Below are positions 36,744 through 46,211 of a stretch of DNA of 64,000 nucleotides, piece by piece; the stretch's first letter is position 1, and every line of letters starts with the position of its first letter. The stretch covers positions 70,283 to 134,282 of the forward strand of contig CAYUPH010000001.1 of assembly GCA_964446625.1 (NCBI GenBank). The letters are read 5' to 3'. The position numbers and the translations under genes were made by a program. The notes under the pieces were generated by a model that saw nothing but the letters and a program-made list of their open reading frames with translations, was not told where the DNA came from and ran no database searches. This DNA comes from an uncultured Candidatus Saccharibacteria bacterium (GTDB lineage: Bacteria; Patescibacteriota; Minisyncoccia; Phycocordibacterales; CAIRYW01).

Positions 36744-38270
36744 ATGCCTGTTGCAAAAGTACACAGCGGACAGAGCGAACTACTAAATGCAACGATTGTT
36801 GATGTGGAAACAGACCTCGCGCGGGGTCTGTTTGCGTTTTCGGTTGTTGGACTTCCCGACAAAGCAGTAGAGGAAGCAAAGGACAGGGTCAGCGCTGCAA
36901 TAAAAAACACTGGTCTTGAATCACCAAAAGCAAGAAATCAAAAAGTTGTTATCTCACTTGCACCGGCTCACATTAAAAAAGAAGGGTCTCTTTTTGATCT
37001 TCCGATTGCACTTTCTTTTCTTCTTGCATCCGAGCAAATTGATTTTGATCCGAAAGGCAAAATCTTTTTGGGAGAACTAGCACTCGATGGAAGTTTGCGC
37101 AAAACGATCGGCGTGCTTCCAATAGTGCGAGAAGCTGCAAAGAGCGGATTTACAGAAATCTATGTCCCAGAGGATAACCTAGATGAGGCACTTCTAGTAG
37201 ATGGTCTCAATATTTTTGGAGTCAAAAACCTTCTTGAAGTTTGTGACCATCTTCAAAAGAAAACTTTACTTGAAAGGGGAGAGAAGAAAGGTTTAACAGA
37301 CAAACACATTACTCACGATATTGATTGGTCACACATTAAGGGACAAGAGTCTGCAAAAAGAGCACTCCTTATTGCTGCAGCAGGAGGCCACAATGTGCTT
37401 CTATGGGGACCTCCTGGAACAGGTAAGACAATGCTCTCGAAGGCTTTTACTTCGATTCTTCCTAACCTTTCATACGAAGACATGCTTGAAGCAACATCTA
37501 TCCACTCTGTTGCAGGACTTCTCGGAGAAAAGACTTGTATTGAAGAACCGCCTTTCCGTGCTCCTCATCACACATCTTCTCACGTTGCAATTGTTGGAGG
37601 AGGACAAAATATAAAACCAGGAGAAATTACTCTTGCACACAAGGGAGTTCTTTTTCTCGATGAGTTTCCTGAGTTTGACAGAAGAGTAGTAGAGTCTCTT
37701 CGTGAACCACTGGAGGAAAAAAGAATTAGGATTTCTAGATCAAAAGGAACCGCAAACTTTCCTGCCGATTTTATTTTAATAGCTGCAATGAATCCGTGCC
37801 CCTGCGGAAATTTTGGAGGCAAAAAACCGTGTGTTTGCTCAGCGCTTTCTCTGCAAAAGTATAGTCAGAAGATTTCTGGACCTATAATGGACAGAATTGA
37901 TATGTGGGTTGAAGTTTCTGATATTCCTTTTTCTGCACTAAACAAAGATGAGGGAGGTGTAGAAAGTAAAGAAGTAAAAGAAATCGTGAGTGCTTCGCGC
38001 CAAAAACAAAAAGAGAGATGTCTTTCCATGAAAATTGCAGGAAGCAAAAACAGTGATGTGAAAGGAAAAGATTTACTTCGTTATGCGCTCCCCGAACCAG
38101 ACGCGCTTGAACTCCTGGGGACTGTCGCTGAAAAAATGTCTCTTTCACCACGCGCATACCACAGAGTTTTGCGTCTTGCGAGAACCATCGCGGATTTAGA
38201 AGGAGAAAAAAATGTGAAGCAAAAGCATATTCTCGAAGCAGTTCAGTATAGGCAAAAGATAGAAAAATAA
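36744..38270 (+). CDS. comM: ComM/YifB Mg-chelatase-like AAA+ ATPase
   Basis: VGLPDKAVEEA, GPPGTGKT, PFRAPHH, LFLDEFPEF, NPCPCG, SPRAYHR. Confidence 0.93.
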   Translation: MPVAKVHSGQSELLNATIVDVETDLARGLFAFSVVGLPDKAVEEAKDRVSAAIKNTGLESPKARNQKVVISLAPAHIKKEGSLFDLPIALSFLLASEQIDFDPKGKIFLGELALDGSLRKTIGVLPIVREAAKSGFTEIYVPEDNLDEALLVDGLNIFGVKNLLEVCDHLQKKTLLERGEKKGLTDKHITHDIDWSHIKGQESAKRALLIAAAGGHNVLLWGPPGTGKTMLSKAFTSILPNLSYEDMLEATSIHSVAGLLGEKTCIEEPPFRAPHHTSSHVAIVGGGQNIKPGEITLAHKGVLFLDEFPEFDRRVVESLREPLEEKRIRISRSKGTANFPADFILIAAMNPCPCGNFGGKKPCVCSALSLQKYSQKISGPIMDRIDMWVEVSDIPFSALNKDEGGVESKEVKEIVSASRQKQKERCLSMKIAGSKNSDVKGKDLLRYALPEPDALELLGTVAEKMSLSPRAYHRVLRLARTIADLEGEKNVKQKHILEAVQYRQKIEK

Positions 38271-38313
38271 AATCCCTCGAGTGAGGGATTTTATTTTTCT
38301 ATTTTTCTCTATC

Positions 38314-39327
38314 TTAAAATGGGTTCCATCCATACTTACCTCCAAGAATTTCAAAGTGTAAGTGTGATCCGGTTGAATTTCCACTAGAACCCATTGCCCC
38401 GATAACTTGACCTTGAGACACTGTCTCTCCTGCTTTTATTTGAATAGCACTTAGGTGACCATAGAGTGTTTGTAAGCCATTTGCGTGCTGGATTACAACA
38501 TAATTTCCGTATCCTCCGTTCCACCCTCCCATTTTTGCAACAAGAACCGTTCCTTTTGCTGCAGCATATACTGTTGTTCCCACCTTGTTTGCAATATCGA
38601 CAGCACTCTTCCTCTTTCCGTGATTTCCTTGAGTTCTTGTACCTGTTGTTGGTCGAACAAATACTCCTGTAGCATCTGAACCAATTACACCACCCTTTAC
38701 TCCTCCAGTTGTTTTCTTTGGAGTTGGAGCAGTTTCATTCATTTCACCGTCTGGAATAATGATTTCTTTTCCAACTGTTAACCCTCCTTCTCCAATGTCG
38801 TTAAATTGTCTAATTTCGTTTGCGTCTCCTCCGTATTTCTTTGCAATAGACTCTACCGTATCTCCCTTCTTTACAATATATTTTACTCCTGAGATAGGAA
38901 GAATAATAAGCTTGTCTCCTTTCTTAATTGATTTGCTGTTTTTTAGATCATTAGCCCAAAGGATTGTGCTTTGAGAAACACCAAACATTTCTGCAATCCC
39001 TGAAAGGGTATCTCCCTCACGCACTTCGTACACACTTACAGTGTCCGATGCGGGTTTTTCTTTGATTTCGAGAGCTGTCCCCGCAATTCCTCCAGTTGGT
39101 TCAAGAGCATCTCCCGAAATAATTGCTGCCTCAGGTGCTTTACTAGTTGGGTTTGGGTCAATATTTGGAACCGCCTCGAGGATTGGCATATTGTGGGCAC
39201 TAAGGATAACAGTACCGAATTGTGATTCCTCACTAGAACTGCCACTACTTAAAAAAGAAAACATTCCTGCTGATACAACGACAGGAATGAAGAATAGAAG
39301 ACCGAACACTGGTTTATAGTGTTTCAT
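38314..39327 (-). CDS. LysM-LysM-M23 peptidoglycan endopeptidase
   Basis: Two LysM domains (YEVREGDTL, YIVKKGDTV); M23 motifs H....AVDIA, TLYGHL, STGSHLHFE; start likely MKHYKP. Confidence 0.9.
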   Translation of the reverse strand: MKHYKPVFGLLFFIPVVVSAGMFSFLSSGSSSEESQFGTVILSAHNMPILEAVPNIDPNPTSKAPEAAIISGDALEPTGGIAGTALEIKEKPASDTVSVYEVREGDTLSGIAEMFGVSQSTILWANDLKNSKSIKKGDKLIILPISGVKYIVKKGDTVESIAKKYGGDANEIRQFNDIGEGGLTVGKEIIIPDGEMNETAPTPKKTTGGVKGGVIGSDATGVFVRPTTGTRTQGNHGKRKSAVDIANKVGTTVYAAAKGTVLVAKMGGWNGGYGNYVVIQHANGLQTLYGHLSAIQIKAGETVSQGQVIGAMGSSGNSTGSHLHFEILGGKYGWNPF

Positions 39328-39568
39328 AGTAAAGAAAGAGATTCTAAAGAGGGGGGAAACCACCTCTCTTTCTTTCTTCTGAAGCTCAAGGAAAGCATCC
39401 GCCCTTGCCTTTGCAAGGACGCTTTCTCCTGACATATAAGCTGTTTTTACAGTCTCTTTGAGACTATTTCTGACACGTTTAGTTAATATAAGCCTTAAAT
39501 CAATAGTAATTCTTGAAAGGGAAATGCAGACAGATAGGGTATAGAGCAAGAATACAGAAGTACTACAT

Positions 39569-39596
39569 ATGATAACAGAGGAGGGGGTGCTGTCAA
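39569..39596 (-). promoter_or_regulatory. Sigma70 promoter of the LysM-M23 gene, implying a leader of about 235 nt
   Basis: Minus strand TTGACA, 16 bp, TATCAT with extended -10 TG. Confidence 0.65.
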
Positions 39597-39648
39597 ACAA
39601 AAAGTGTGGGCTAATTTTTTCTTCATTTTGTGGTATATTTGAGTAAAA

Positions 39649-41589
39649 ATGGAAGAAAAACAGCAGGAATATCTAAAAGGGCTAAACGAAATGCAAAAAA
39701 AAGCGGTTCTCCACACAAACGGACCGCTTCTTATTGTTGCAGGGGCAGGGGCAGGGAAGACAAAAACGATTACCCACAGGATTTTGCACCTAACAGAAAC
39801 AGGTATTTCTCCAGAAAAAATACTTGCAATCACTTTTACCAATAAAGCAGGGAGTGAGATGCGAGAGAGGGCTCGAAAGCTTCTTGCGGAAAAAGCGACG
39901 GTTCCCGCAGGTTTCCGTAGCGAGCCTTTTATTTCTACTTTTCACTCGCTTGGGGTTTACCTTATAAGGGAATTTAAAGAGATACTTGATTTACCTAGAA
40001 GTTTTACGATTTTTGACAAAAGCGACAGTCTAAAGGCAATAAAAGAAGCAACCGAGTCTGCTGGGTTCGATACAAAAATGGTTGAGCCTCGAAAAACTAT
40101 GGCGATAATTTCGCGAGAAAAAGCGGAAGGGAGGGATGCTCAGGACTTTGAAAATAGGGAGTTGAATTTTCTTGAAGAGGCAACACTCAAAATATGGAAA
40201 GAATATGACTACATCTTAAAAAAAGAGAAGGCTCTGGATTTTGATGATCTTCTACTTAAAACACTTTTTTTACTGCGAAAAGAAGAAGTACAAAACTTCT
40301 GCCATACAAAATGGAGTCATATACATATTGATGAGTACCAAGATACAAACAAAGTACAGTATGAGATAGCAAAAATCCTTGCAGGAAAAGAAAAAAATAT
40401 TGCAGTTGTAGGAGACATGGATCAGTCTATTTACAGTTGGCGAGGAGCTGATTTTAAAAACCTTTTACGCTTTGAAACTGATTACCCTGATGCAGAAGTG
40501 ATTCTCCTGGAAGAAAATTACCGCTCAACAAAAAATATTCTTGCTGTTGCAAATGACATTATTGCGAAAAACCGCGAAAGAAAAGAAAAAAATCTTTATA
40601 CAAAAAATCCTGACGGAGACCTCTTGTCCGTTGCTCTCGCATATGATGAAAAAGGGGAGGCTGATTATATTGCCCGAACAGTACGCATGCTTATAAGGCA
40701 AGATGTTACTCCCGATGAAATAGCAGTTCTCTATCGTGCCAACTTCCAATCGCGCGCACTTGAAGAAGCGTGTCTCTCGAGTGAAATTCCTTATGAACTT
40801 ATTGGAACAAAATTCTTTGAGCGAAAGGAAGTGAAGGATGTGCTTGCTTATATTAAATACGCTCTAAATAGAGAAAGCGTTTCGGAACTAAAAAGAGCAA
40901 TTTCTTTTCCAGGACGAGGAATCGGAAAAGTTGGTTTACTTAAAATTCTTGAAGGAAAAAGTGAGCTCCTCCCAAAATCGCAAAAACAAAGCTTTGATTC
41001 TTTTGTGAGGCTTCTTGATGAAATAAAAGAAAAAGCAGAAAATGACACAGTGAGCAACCTTATAAAATACACAATCGAAAGATCAGGTATAGAAAATGCA
41101 CTTCGTGAGGGTGGGGAAGAAGATTTGGAGAGACTTGAAAACGTAAGAGAGCTTGTTAGCATCGCTTCGTCATTTGATAACGTTGCAAAAGAAGAAGCTC
41201 TTCTTCGGTTTCTTGACCATACAGCACTCGCATCTGACCAAGATGAAATAAAAGAGAACACAAAAAAAATCCGCCTTATGACAATCCACGGTGCCAAAGG
41301 TCTAGAGTTTGATTATGTATTTATTACTGGCCTTGAAAAAAACCTTTTTCCTCACAAAAGGCTTGATGAAGAAGTGGTCACCACAGACGAGGAAGAAGAG
41401 GAAAGACGACTTTTCTATGTGGCGCTCACAAGGGCAAGAAAGAAAATTTACCTTACTCACACAATGACCCGAAAGATTTTTGGATCAACAGAATATAACG
41501 AACCTTCTGAGTTTCTTCGAGATATTGATAATGGGTTTCTCACTTCAGATGGAGATTCTGGGAGAGAAAAAATAATTTATTTAGACTAA
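39649..41589 (+). CDS. pcrA: UvrD/PcrA superfamily I helicase
   Basis: AGAGAGKT, TFTNKA, IDEYQD, VGD.DQSIYSWRGA, TIHGAKGLEF, RRLFYVALTRA. Confidence 0.95.
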   Translation: MEEKQQEYLKGLNEMQKKAVLHTNGPLLIVAGAGAGKTKTITHRILHLTETGISPEKILAITFTNKAGSEMRERARKLLAEKATVPAGFRSEPFISTFHSLGVYLIREFKEILDLPRSFTIFDKSDSLKAIKEATESAGFDTKMVEPRKTMAIISREKAEGRDAQDFENRELNFLEEATLKIWKEYDYILKKEKALDFDDLLLKTLFLLRKEEVQNFCHTKWSHIHIDEYQDTNKVQYEIAKILAGKEKNIAVVGDMDQSIYSWRGADFKNLLRFETDYPDAEVILLEENYRSTKNILAVANDIIAKNRERKEKNLYTKNPDGDLLSVALAYDEKGEADYIARTVRMLIRQDVTPDEIAVLYRANFQSRALEEACLSSEIPYELIGTKFFERKEVKDVLAYIKYALNRESVSELKRAISFPGRGIGKVGLLKILEGKSELLPKSQKQSFDSFVRLLDEIKEKAENDTVSNLIKYTIERSGIENALREGGEEDLERLENVRELVSIASSFDNVAKEEALLRFLDHTALASDQDEIKENTKKIRLMTIHGAKGLEFDYVFITGLEKNLFPHKRLDEEVVTTDEEEEERRLFYVALTRARKKIYLTHTMTRKIFGSTEYNEPSEFLRDIDNGFLTSDGDSGREKIIYLD

Positions 41590-41591
41590 AA

Positions 41592-42368
41592 ATGCAAGCA
41601 AAAAAATCTCTTGGCCAAAACTTTCTTTCATCAAAAGCAATCGTTTCTCGCATTGCAGGATATGGCGACGTAAAGAAAGGTGAACTAGTAATAGAAATCG
41701 GACCAGGAAAAGGAATTCTTACCGCAGCACTTCTAGAGAAAGAAGCCGACGTAACAGTAATCGAAAAAGATGACAGACTTATTCCTCTTCTTACAGAAAA
41801 GTTTAAAGAATTTCCTCAGTTTAATATAATCCATGCCGATGTTCTTGAAACTGAGATTGAAAAAATTGTTGGAGAGAGAAAATACAAAGTTATAGCAAAT
41901 ATACCATACTATATAACAGGAGAAATTTTGCGAAGGTTTCTGGAAGCAAAACACAAACCTGAAACAATGGTTATTCTTGTTCAAAAAGAAGTAGCAGAGA
42001 GAATCGCTACAAGGGACGGGAAGGAAAGTATTTTGTCTCTTTCAGTTAAAGCGTTTGGCGAACCAAAGGTGTGTGAAAAAGTAAAAAAAGAAATGTTTTC
42101 TCCCGTGCCAAAAGTAGACTCTTCAGTACTAAAAATCGACAATATTTCTGGAAGTAATTTTAAAGATAAAACAGAAAGAGAGAAGTTTTTTACGCTTGTA
42201 AAAGCAGGCTTTCTCCACAAAAGAAAAGTGCTCGTAAAAAATCTCTCTGACGCAGGTTTTGAAAGAGAAAAAATTTTAGAGACTCTCCACTCTTTTGGTA
42301 AAAATGAAAAAGCGAGAGCTGAAGAGCTCCCACTTTCTTTCTGGCTAAAGCTTTTAGAGAAGATTTAA
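41592..42368 (+). CDS. rsmA: 16S rRNA adenine dimethyltransferase
   Basis: KKSLGQNFL, EIGPGKG, ANIPYYIT, PVPKVDS. Confidence 0.96.
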   Translation: MQAKKSLGQNFLSSKAIVSRIAGYGDVKKGELVIEIGPGKGILTAALLEKEADVTVIEKDDRLIPLLTEKFKEFPQFNIIHADVLETEIEKIVGERKYKVIANIPYYITGEILRRFLEAKHKPETMVILVQKEVAERIATRDGKESILSLSVKAFGEPKVCEKVKKEMFSPVPKVDSSVLKIDNISGSNFKDKTEREKFFTLVKAGFLHKRKVLVKNLSDAGFEREKILETLHSFGKNEKARAEELPLSFWLKLLEKI

Positions 42369-42833
42369 TTACTTGGATGTTCCGATTCCTCTTGGAGAAT
42401 CTATAATACTATCTGCGGTTGCAATTGTGACACAGACTTCATACACTTCAACTTCACAGTCCATACTTAAGTTATAGAAACCACCAATAGTATATGCTCC
42501 TGGGGTTAAATTATAATACTCTTGAAGCGTTGATATACCTGGTAAATACATGGTTTTTATTGTATTACCTGTAGTATAATCCTCGATTTCAAGATAAGTA
42601 CCTCCAGAACATGTACAAAAAAGCGTCGATGAAATCTTTCCTCCAAAAAAATCAATATTACCGACCCCAACACTTACTCCACCTCCTCCTACACTTACAC
42701 CTCCTACTCCAGGAACACTCACACCCGCACTAGGAATCGAAGGTGTACTAAGTTGCGCAGAAACCCTTGATGAAAAAAAGGATAATGTAATAAAGAAGAT
42801 TAAACTCCATCTAATTGTTTTTTTTATTACCAT
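42369..42833 (-). CDS. Small secreted Gly/Cys-containing protein
   Basis: Signal peptide, GVSVGGGGVSVG low-complexity stretch, FGGKI....CTCS. Confidence 0.7.
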   Translation of the reverse strand: MVIKKTIRWSLIFFITLSFFSSRVSAQLSTPSIPSAGVSVPGVGGVSVGGGGVSVGVGNIDFFGGKISSTLFCTCSGGTYLEIEDYTTGNTIKTMYLPGISTLQEYYNLTPGAYTIGGFYNLSMDCEVEVYEVCVTIATADSIIDSPRGIGTSK

Positions 42834-42836
42834 AAA

Positions 42837-43808
42837 TTACAACTCCATATTAACAATAAACTGGTTAGACACACCTCCTCCTGACCCAACCGAAACAGGG
42901 AAAGATATTTTCCCCTTAGCGTCTTCCCAGTGTATAGACTCTGATTGAGGAAGATCCTGAAGAGAAAAAATAATCACACCTTGGTTCGATTTTACCTCTA
43001 GTTCTGATCCAAATGGGGTATAAACAGCGTTATTTTTATCACTGAAGTTGTCCCCCTCTATATGAAGATCAGCTGTTTTACCCTTTCCTGTGACAGTTAC
43101 TTTATTTATTTTTGGAGGAATACTTGTAGCACTGCCAACAGAAATATTTCTATCACTCATTTTAACTGATTCACCTTTAGAATTTTTTATATGAACTGAG
43201 TAGACTCCCTCTTCAAGACTTGGGACAGTAACTTCGAGGGTATAAGGGGGTATGAATTTACTTGTCGCATCTTTTGTCCCAACAGTAATAGTATTTTTTT
43301 CTTCAAAACCAATGCCAAAAATATAGAAACTCTGTCCAATCTGCGAAGTGAGAGAAGATTGAGACACAGGAAGGATGGTGTTTTTTGGATAAGCTTTTTC
43401 AAGTCCACTTAAATCAGGGCTTGTAATGGGGGGTAGAGAAGGGGTACTCACAACCCGTCCTTCTAAAATGGAATTGATTTTTTCTCTTGTTCGAGGACCA
43501 AAATATCCACTCCCATAGAGATATCCTAAAGGAGACAAAATATCTGCGGCATATTTGTTTTGAAATTTTATAACGGCGGCTTTTGTTTTTTCGCCAAAGT
43601 AAATAGTTTCGAACCCAAGAGAGCCCGGACCAGGTGTACTAAGAGCAGTGTCCGGATCCTTATTGAGCACTTGTTGTAGAAACATTACATCCTCGCCTTC
43701 CATTCCGACAGTGAGATCACGCTGAAAAGCTGACTCAGCATGCGTGTTTGCAACCAAAAGAAATGAGAAAAAAGAAATAAAAAAGAAATTTTTCTTTACT
43801 ATATTCAC
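42837..43808 (-). CDS. Secreted peptidoglycan-binding-domain protein with IPT/TIG-like domains
   Basis: RDLTVGMEGEDVMFLQQVLN...YFGEKTKAAVIKFQ...GYFGPRTR; GTG start inferred. Confidence 0.8.
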   Translation of the reverse strand: MNIVKKNFFFISFFSFLLVANTHAESAFQRDLTVGMEGEDVMFLQQVLNKDPDTALSTPGPGSLGFETIYFGEKTKAAVIKFQNKYAADILSPLGYLYGSGYFGPRTREKINSILEGRVVSTPSLPPITSPDLSGLEKAYPKNTILPVSQSSLTSQIGQSFYIFGIGFEEKNTITVGTKDATSKFIPPYTLEVTVPSLEEGVYSVHIKNSKGESVKMSDRNISVGSATSIPPKINKVTVTGKGKTADLHIEGDNFSDKNNAVYTPFGSELEVKSNQGVIIFSLQDLPQSESIHWEDAKGKISFPVSVGSGGGVSNQFIVNMEL

Positions 43809-43853
43809 AGGTTCATTGTACCACAGCAGGAATAATCTTGATATAATAAACAA

Positions 43854-44834
43854 ATGGAAAAACCAAGCAAACAAGTGACTGCTGTTCTTATAATTTCGAT
43901 TTCAATTATTCTTGGTGCTCTTTTAATAAAATACAAACCTTTTTCCTCATTGACATTCACAAGTGAAAAATCTCCAGAAATCAAAGATCTCACTGTAGGT
44001 ACAGGGGCTCAAAATACAATAGAAATTGACTCAGATGAGGATGGTCTTAAAGATTGGGAAGAGATTTTATGGAAAAGTGATTCAAAAAACAAAGACTCAG
44101 ACAATGATGGAACTAATGACGGAGACGAAGTGAAACAGGGAAGGAATCCGATGATAAAAGGACCGAACGACAAAAACACAGAAGAAAGTGGTGAAGGATC
44201 ATTTTTAAAGACCGGAGGAAATGGAACATCTGAGGAAAACATTAGTCAAAAGTTTACAACTGCCTTTTTGTCTGATTTTACCTACCTAGAAAGCACTGGT
44301 AATTTGAATAATGAAACAAAAACACAGCTTATTCAAAAATTTACAGAGGGAGCCGATGGTGCTTTTCCTTTTAAAAAATATGACCTTTCTTCACTTTCTG
44401 TTGACTTAAATCCGACTCAAGAAGAGCTTAAGTTTTATGCCACAACCATTGCAACGCTTCAAACTAATACTTTAGTCTCTATATCAAAAAGCAGTCCGCT
44501 TATCGAGAGAGACTTAGATGTTATGGCAGATATTTATAAAAAATTAATGGAAGATTTTCTTGCCGTACAAAATGTACCATCAGTCCTGGCACCAGCGCAC
44601 CTACAGATAATAAATAATTACAGCGCATCAAGTGAAGCTTTCAGAGCTCTAAAAAGAGCAAAAGACGACCCTATTAAAGCAAGTTTAGCCATGAATGTTT
44701 ATAAGTCTCTCGGGGATCTTCACTATGCTCTCCTTCTTAAAATGGCAAAGTATTTTAACGAAAATGGTATAATTTTTAATGATGAAGAAATTGGGTCATA
44801 CTGGACAATTATACTGAATCAAGAATCGCAATGA
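43854..44834 (+). CDS. Membrane-anchored protein with thrombospondin type-3-like Ca-binding repeats
   Basis: DSDEDGLKDWEE and DSDNDGTNDGDE after an N-terminal TM. Confidence 0.75.
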   Translation: MEKPSKQVTAVLIISISIILGALLIKYKPFSSLTFTSEKSPEIKDLTVGTGAQNTIEIDSDEDGLKDWEEILWKSDSKNKDSDNDGTNDGDEVKQGRNPMIKGPNDKNTEESGEGSFLKTGGNGTSEENISQKFTTAFLSDFTYLESTGNLNNETKTQLIQKFTEGADGAFPFKKYDLSSLSVDLNPTQEELKFYATTIATLQTNTLVSISKSSPLIERDLDVMADIYKKLMEDFLAVQNVPSVLAPAHLQIINNYSASSEAFRALKRAKDDPIKASLAMNVYKSLGDLHYALLLKMAKYFNENGIIFNDEEIGSYWTIILNQESQ

Positions 44835-46165
44835 TTTTTACAAAAAACTCACAAAATAAAAAAAGAATAAGTTTGCTCATTCTGGTTGTTTTTATTTATG
44901 TAACTGGTTTCAGTACAGTATCTTATGCTCAAACATCAGGTACTGGTGGTCTCCAAGTACCTGGTGCAAGTACAATGACTGATACCTCCTCAAACTCTGG
45001 CACAGGATCAAATCAGCAAACCGGCACTACAGGTACTCAAAATACCACCTCTGGAACACAAGGCGCGGGAGGAACCAAAAAAACAAATGAAAGTTATCAA
45101 AATGCAGATGGTACATACAAAACCGCTCCTGAGGGAATAGGTCAACAGGAAGGTAGTGTTGGAAAAAATGTTGCAGCATCTGCGCTTTCTTGCTCTGTAT
45201 CTGCAATCTTAGGAAACCTTGTTTCTAGCACAATTGGAGCAGCCCTCAGTGAGCTAACAGGAATGCTCAGTGGATGGCTTACAGATGCGCTGGGAGGAAT
45301 TATAAATATTGAGGTAGTAAAGGAGGTACCTACTAAAGATAGAATCGTACGAAACAACACTGGACTTACAACCTCAAAAGAAACAGGAAATGGAAAAACA
45401 GGTAATATCCTTACAACTATACTAAATGGTATTGGTTCCGTATCTTGGGACTCGATTGGGTGGTGCCTAGGAATCGAAATTGTGCGATATATTTCTGACG
45501 CAACTGTATACTGGATTCAAAATGGATTTGAAGGAAAACCAATTTTTATCGATAACCCTGGTTCTTTTTTTGAGGGGTTGGCTGACCGAGAAGCTGGAAA
45601 CTTTATCAAAGAAATAGTTGATGGCTCAACAGGGATAAATGTGTGCGAACCATTTAAACTAGGGGTAGGGGTTGCTATCAATTACGCATACTCAAATAGT
45701 GGACGCGGAGGCAGACAAATTGGTTGTTCTCTTGACCAAATAAAAAATAACTATGATGCTTATATGCAAAACTGGAATGAGGGAGGGCTTATCGGACTTG
45801 CAGAAATTGCACAACCGGAAAACAACTTTTATGGTGCTTACGAACAAGCAGAAAATCAACTTATACTTCGAATTAATGCTCAAAAAGCAGTTGAAAAGCT
45901 AAAACAATCATGGAATAACGGATATAGAACATTTGAAAAATGTGATGAGAGTAAGAAAAGAGCAGATGGTTCGCAAGACCCCGCATATTGTAAAACTGTG
46001 ACTCCAGGTTCTCTAGCAAAGAAAGCAGTTGAATCTCGTACAATAGACTCTTCAACATTTAAAACCGTACTCGCAGATGAATTTGATGAGATTATTACTC
46101 AACTTGTTAACCAGCTCGTTCGAATTGCAGTAAACGAAATGTTTGATGCTGTAGAAGGTCAATAA
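44831..46165 (+). CDS. Secreted/membrane protein of the T4SS-like cluster
   Basis: Signal peptide, Thr/Gly/Ser-rich linker, spaced cysteines; start overlaps the upstream stop. Confidence 0.7.
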   Translation: MIFTKNSQNKKRISLLILVVFIYVTGFSTVSYAQTSGTGGLQVPGASTMTDTSSNSGTGSNQQTGTTGTQNTTSGTQGAGGTKKTNESYQNADGTYKTAPEGIGQQEGSVGKNVAASALSCSVSAILGNLVSSTIGAALSELTGMLSGWLTDALGGIINIEVVKEVPTKDRIVRNNTGLTTSKETGNGKTGNILTTILNGIGSVSWDSIGWCLGIEIVRYISDATVYWIQNGFEGKPIFIDNPGSFFEGLADREAGNFIKEIVDGSTGINVCEPFKLGVGVAINYAYSNSGRGGRQIGCSLDQIKNNYDAYMQNWNEGGLIGLAEIAQPENNFYGAYEQAENQLILRINAQKAVEKLKQSWNNGYRTFEKCDESKKRADGSQDPAYCKTVTPGSLAKKAVESRTIDSSTFKTVLADEFDEIITQLVNQLVRIAVNEMFDAVEGQ

Positions 46166-46211
46166 GCCTTTTCAACTTATTTTTTATAATAAGTTTTGCT
46201 ATAATGAAATC

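Noticed and set aside
39328-39600. 91-aa N-terminal extension of the M23 protein given by the ORF track
   Set aside because: It overlaps the promoter and hairpins, and a signal-like segment starts at MKHYKP; treated as untranslated leader.
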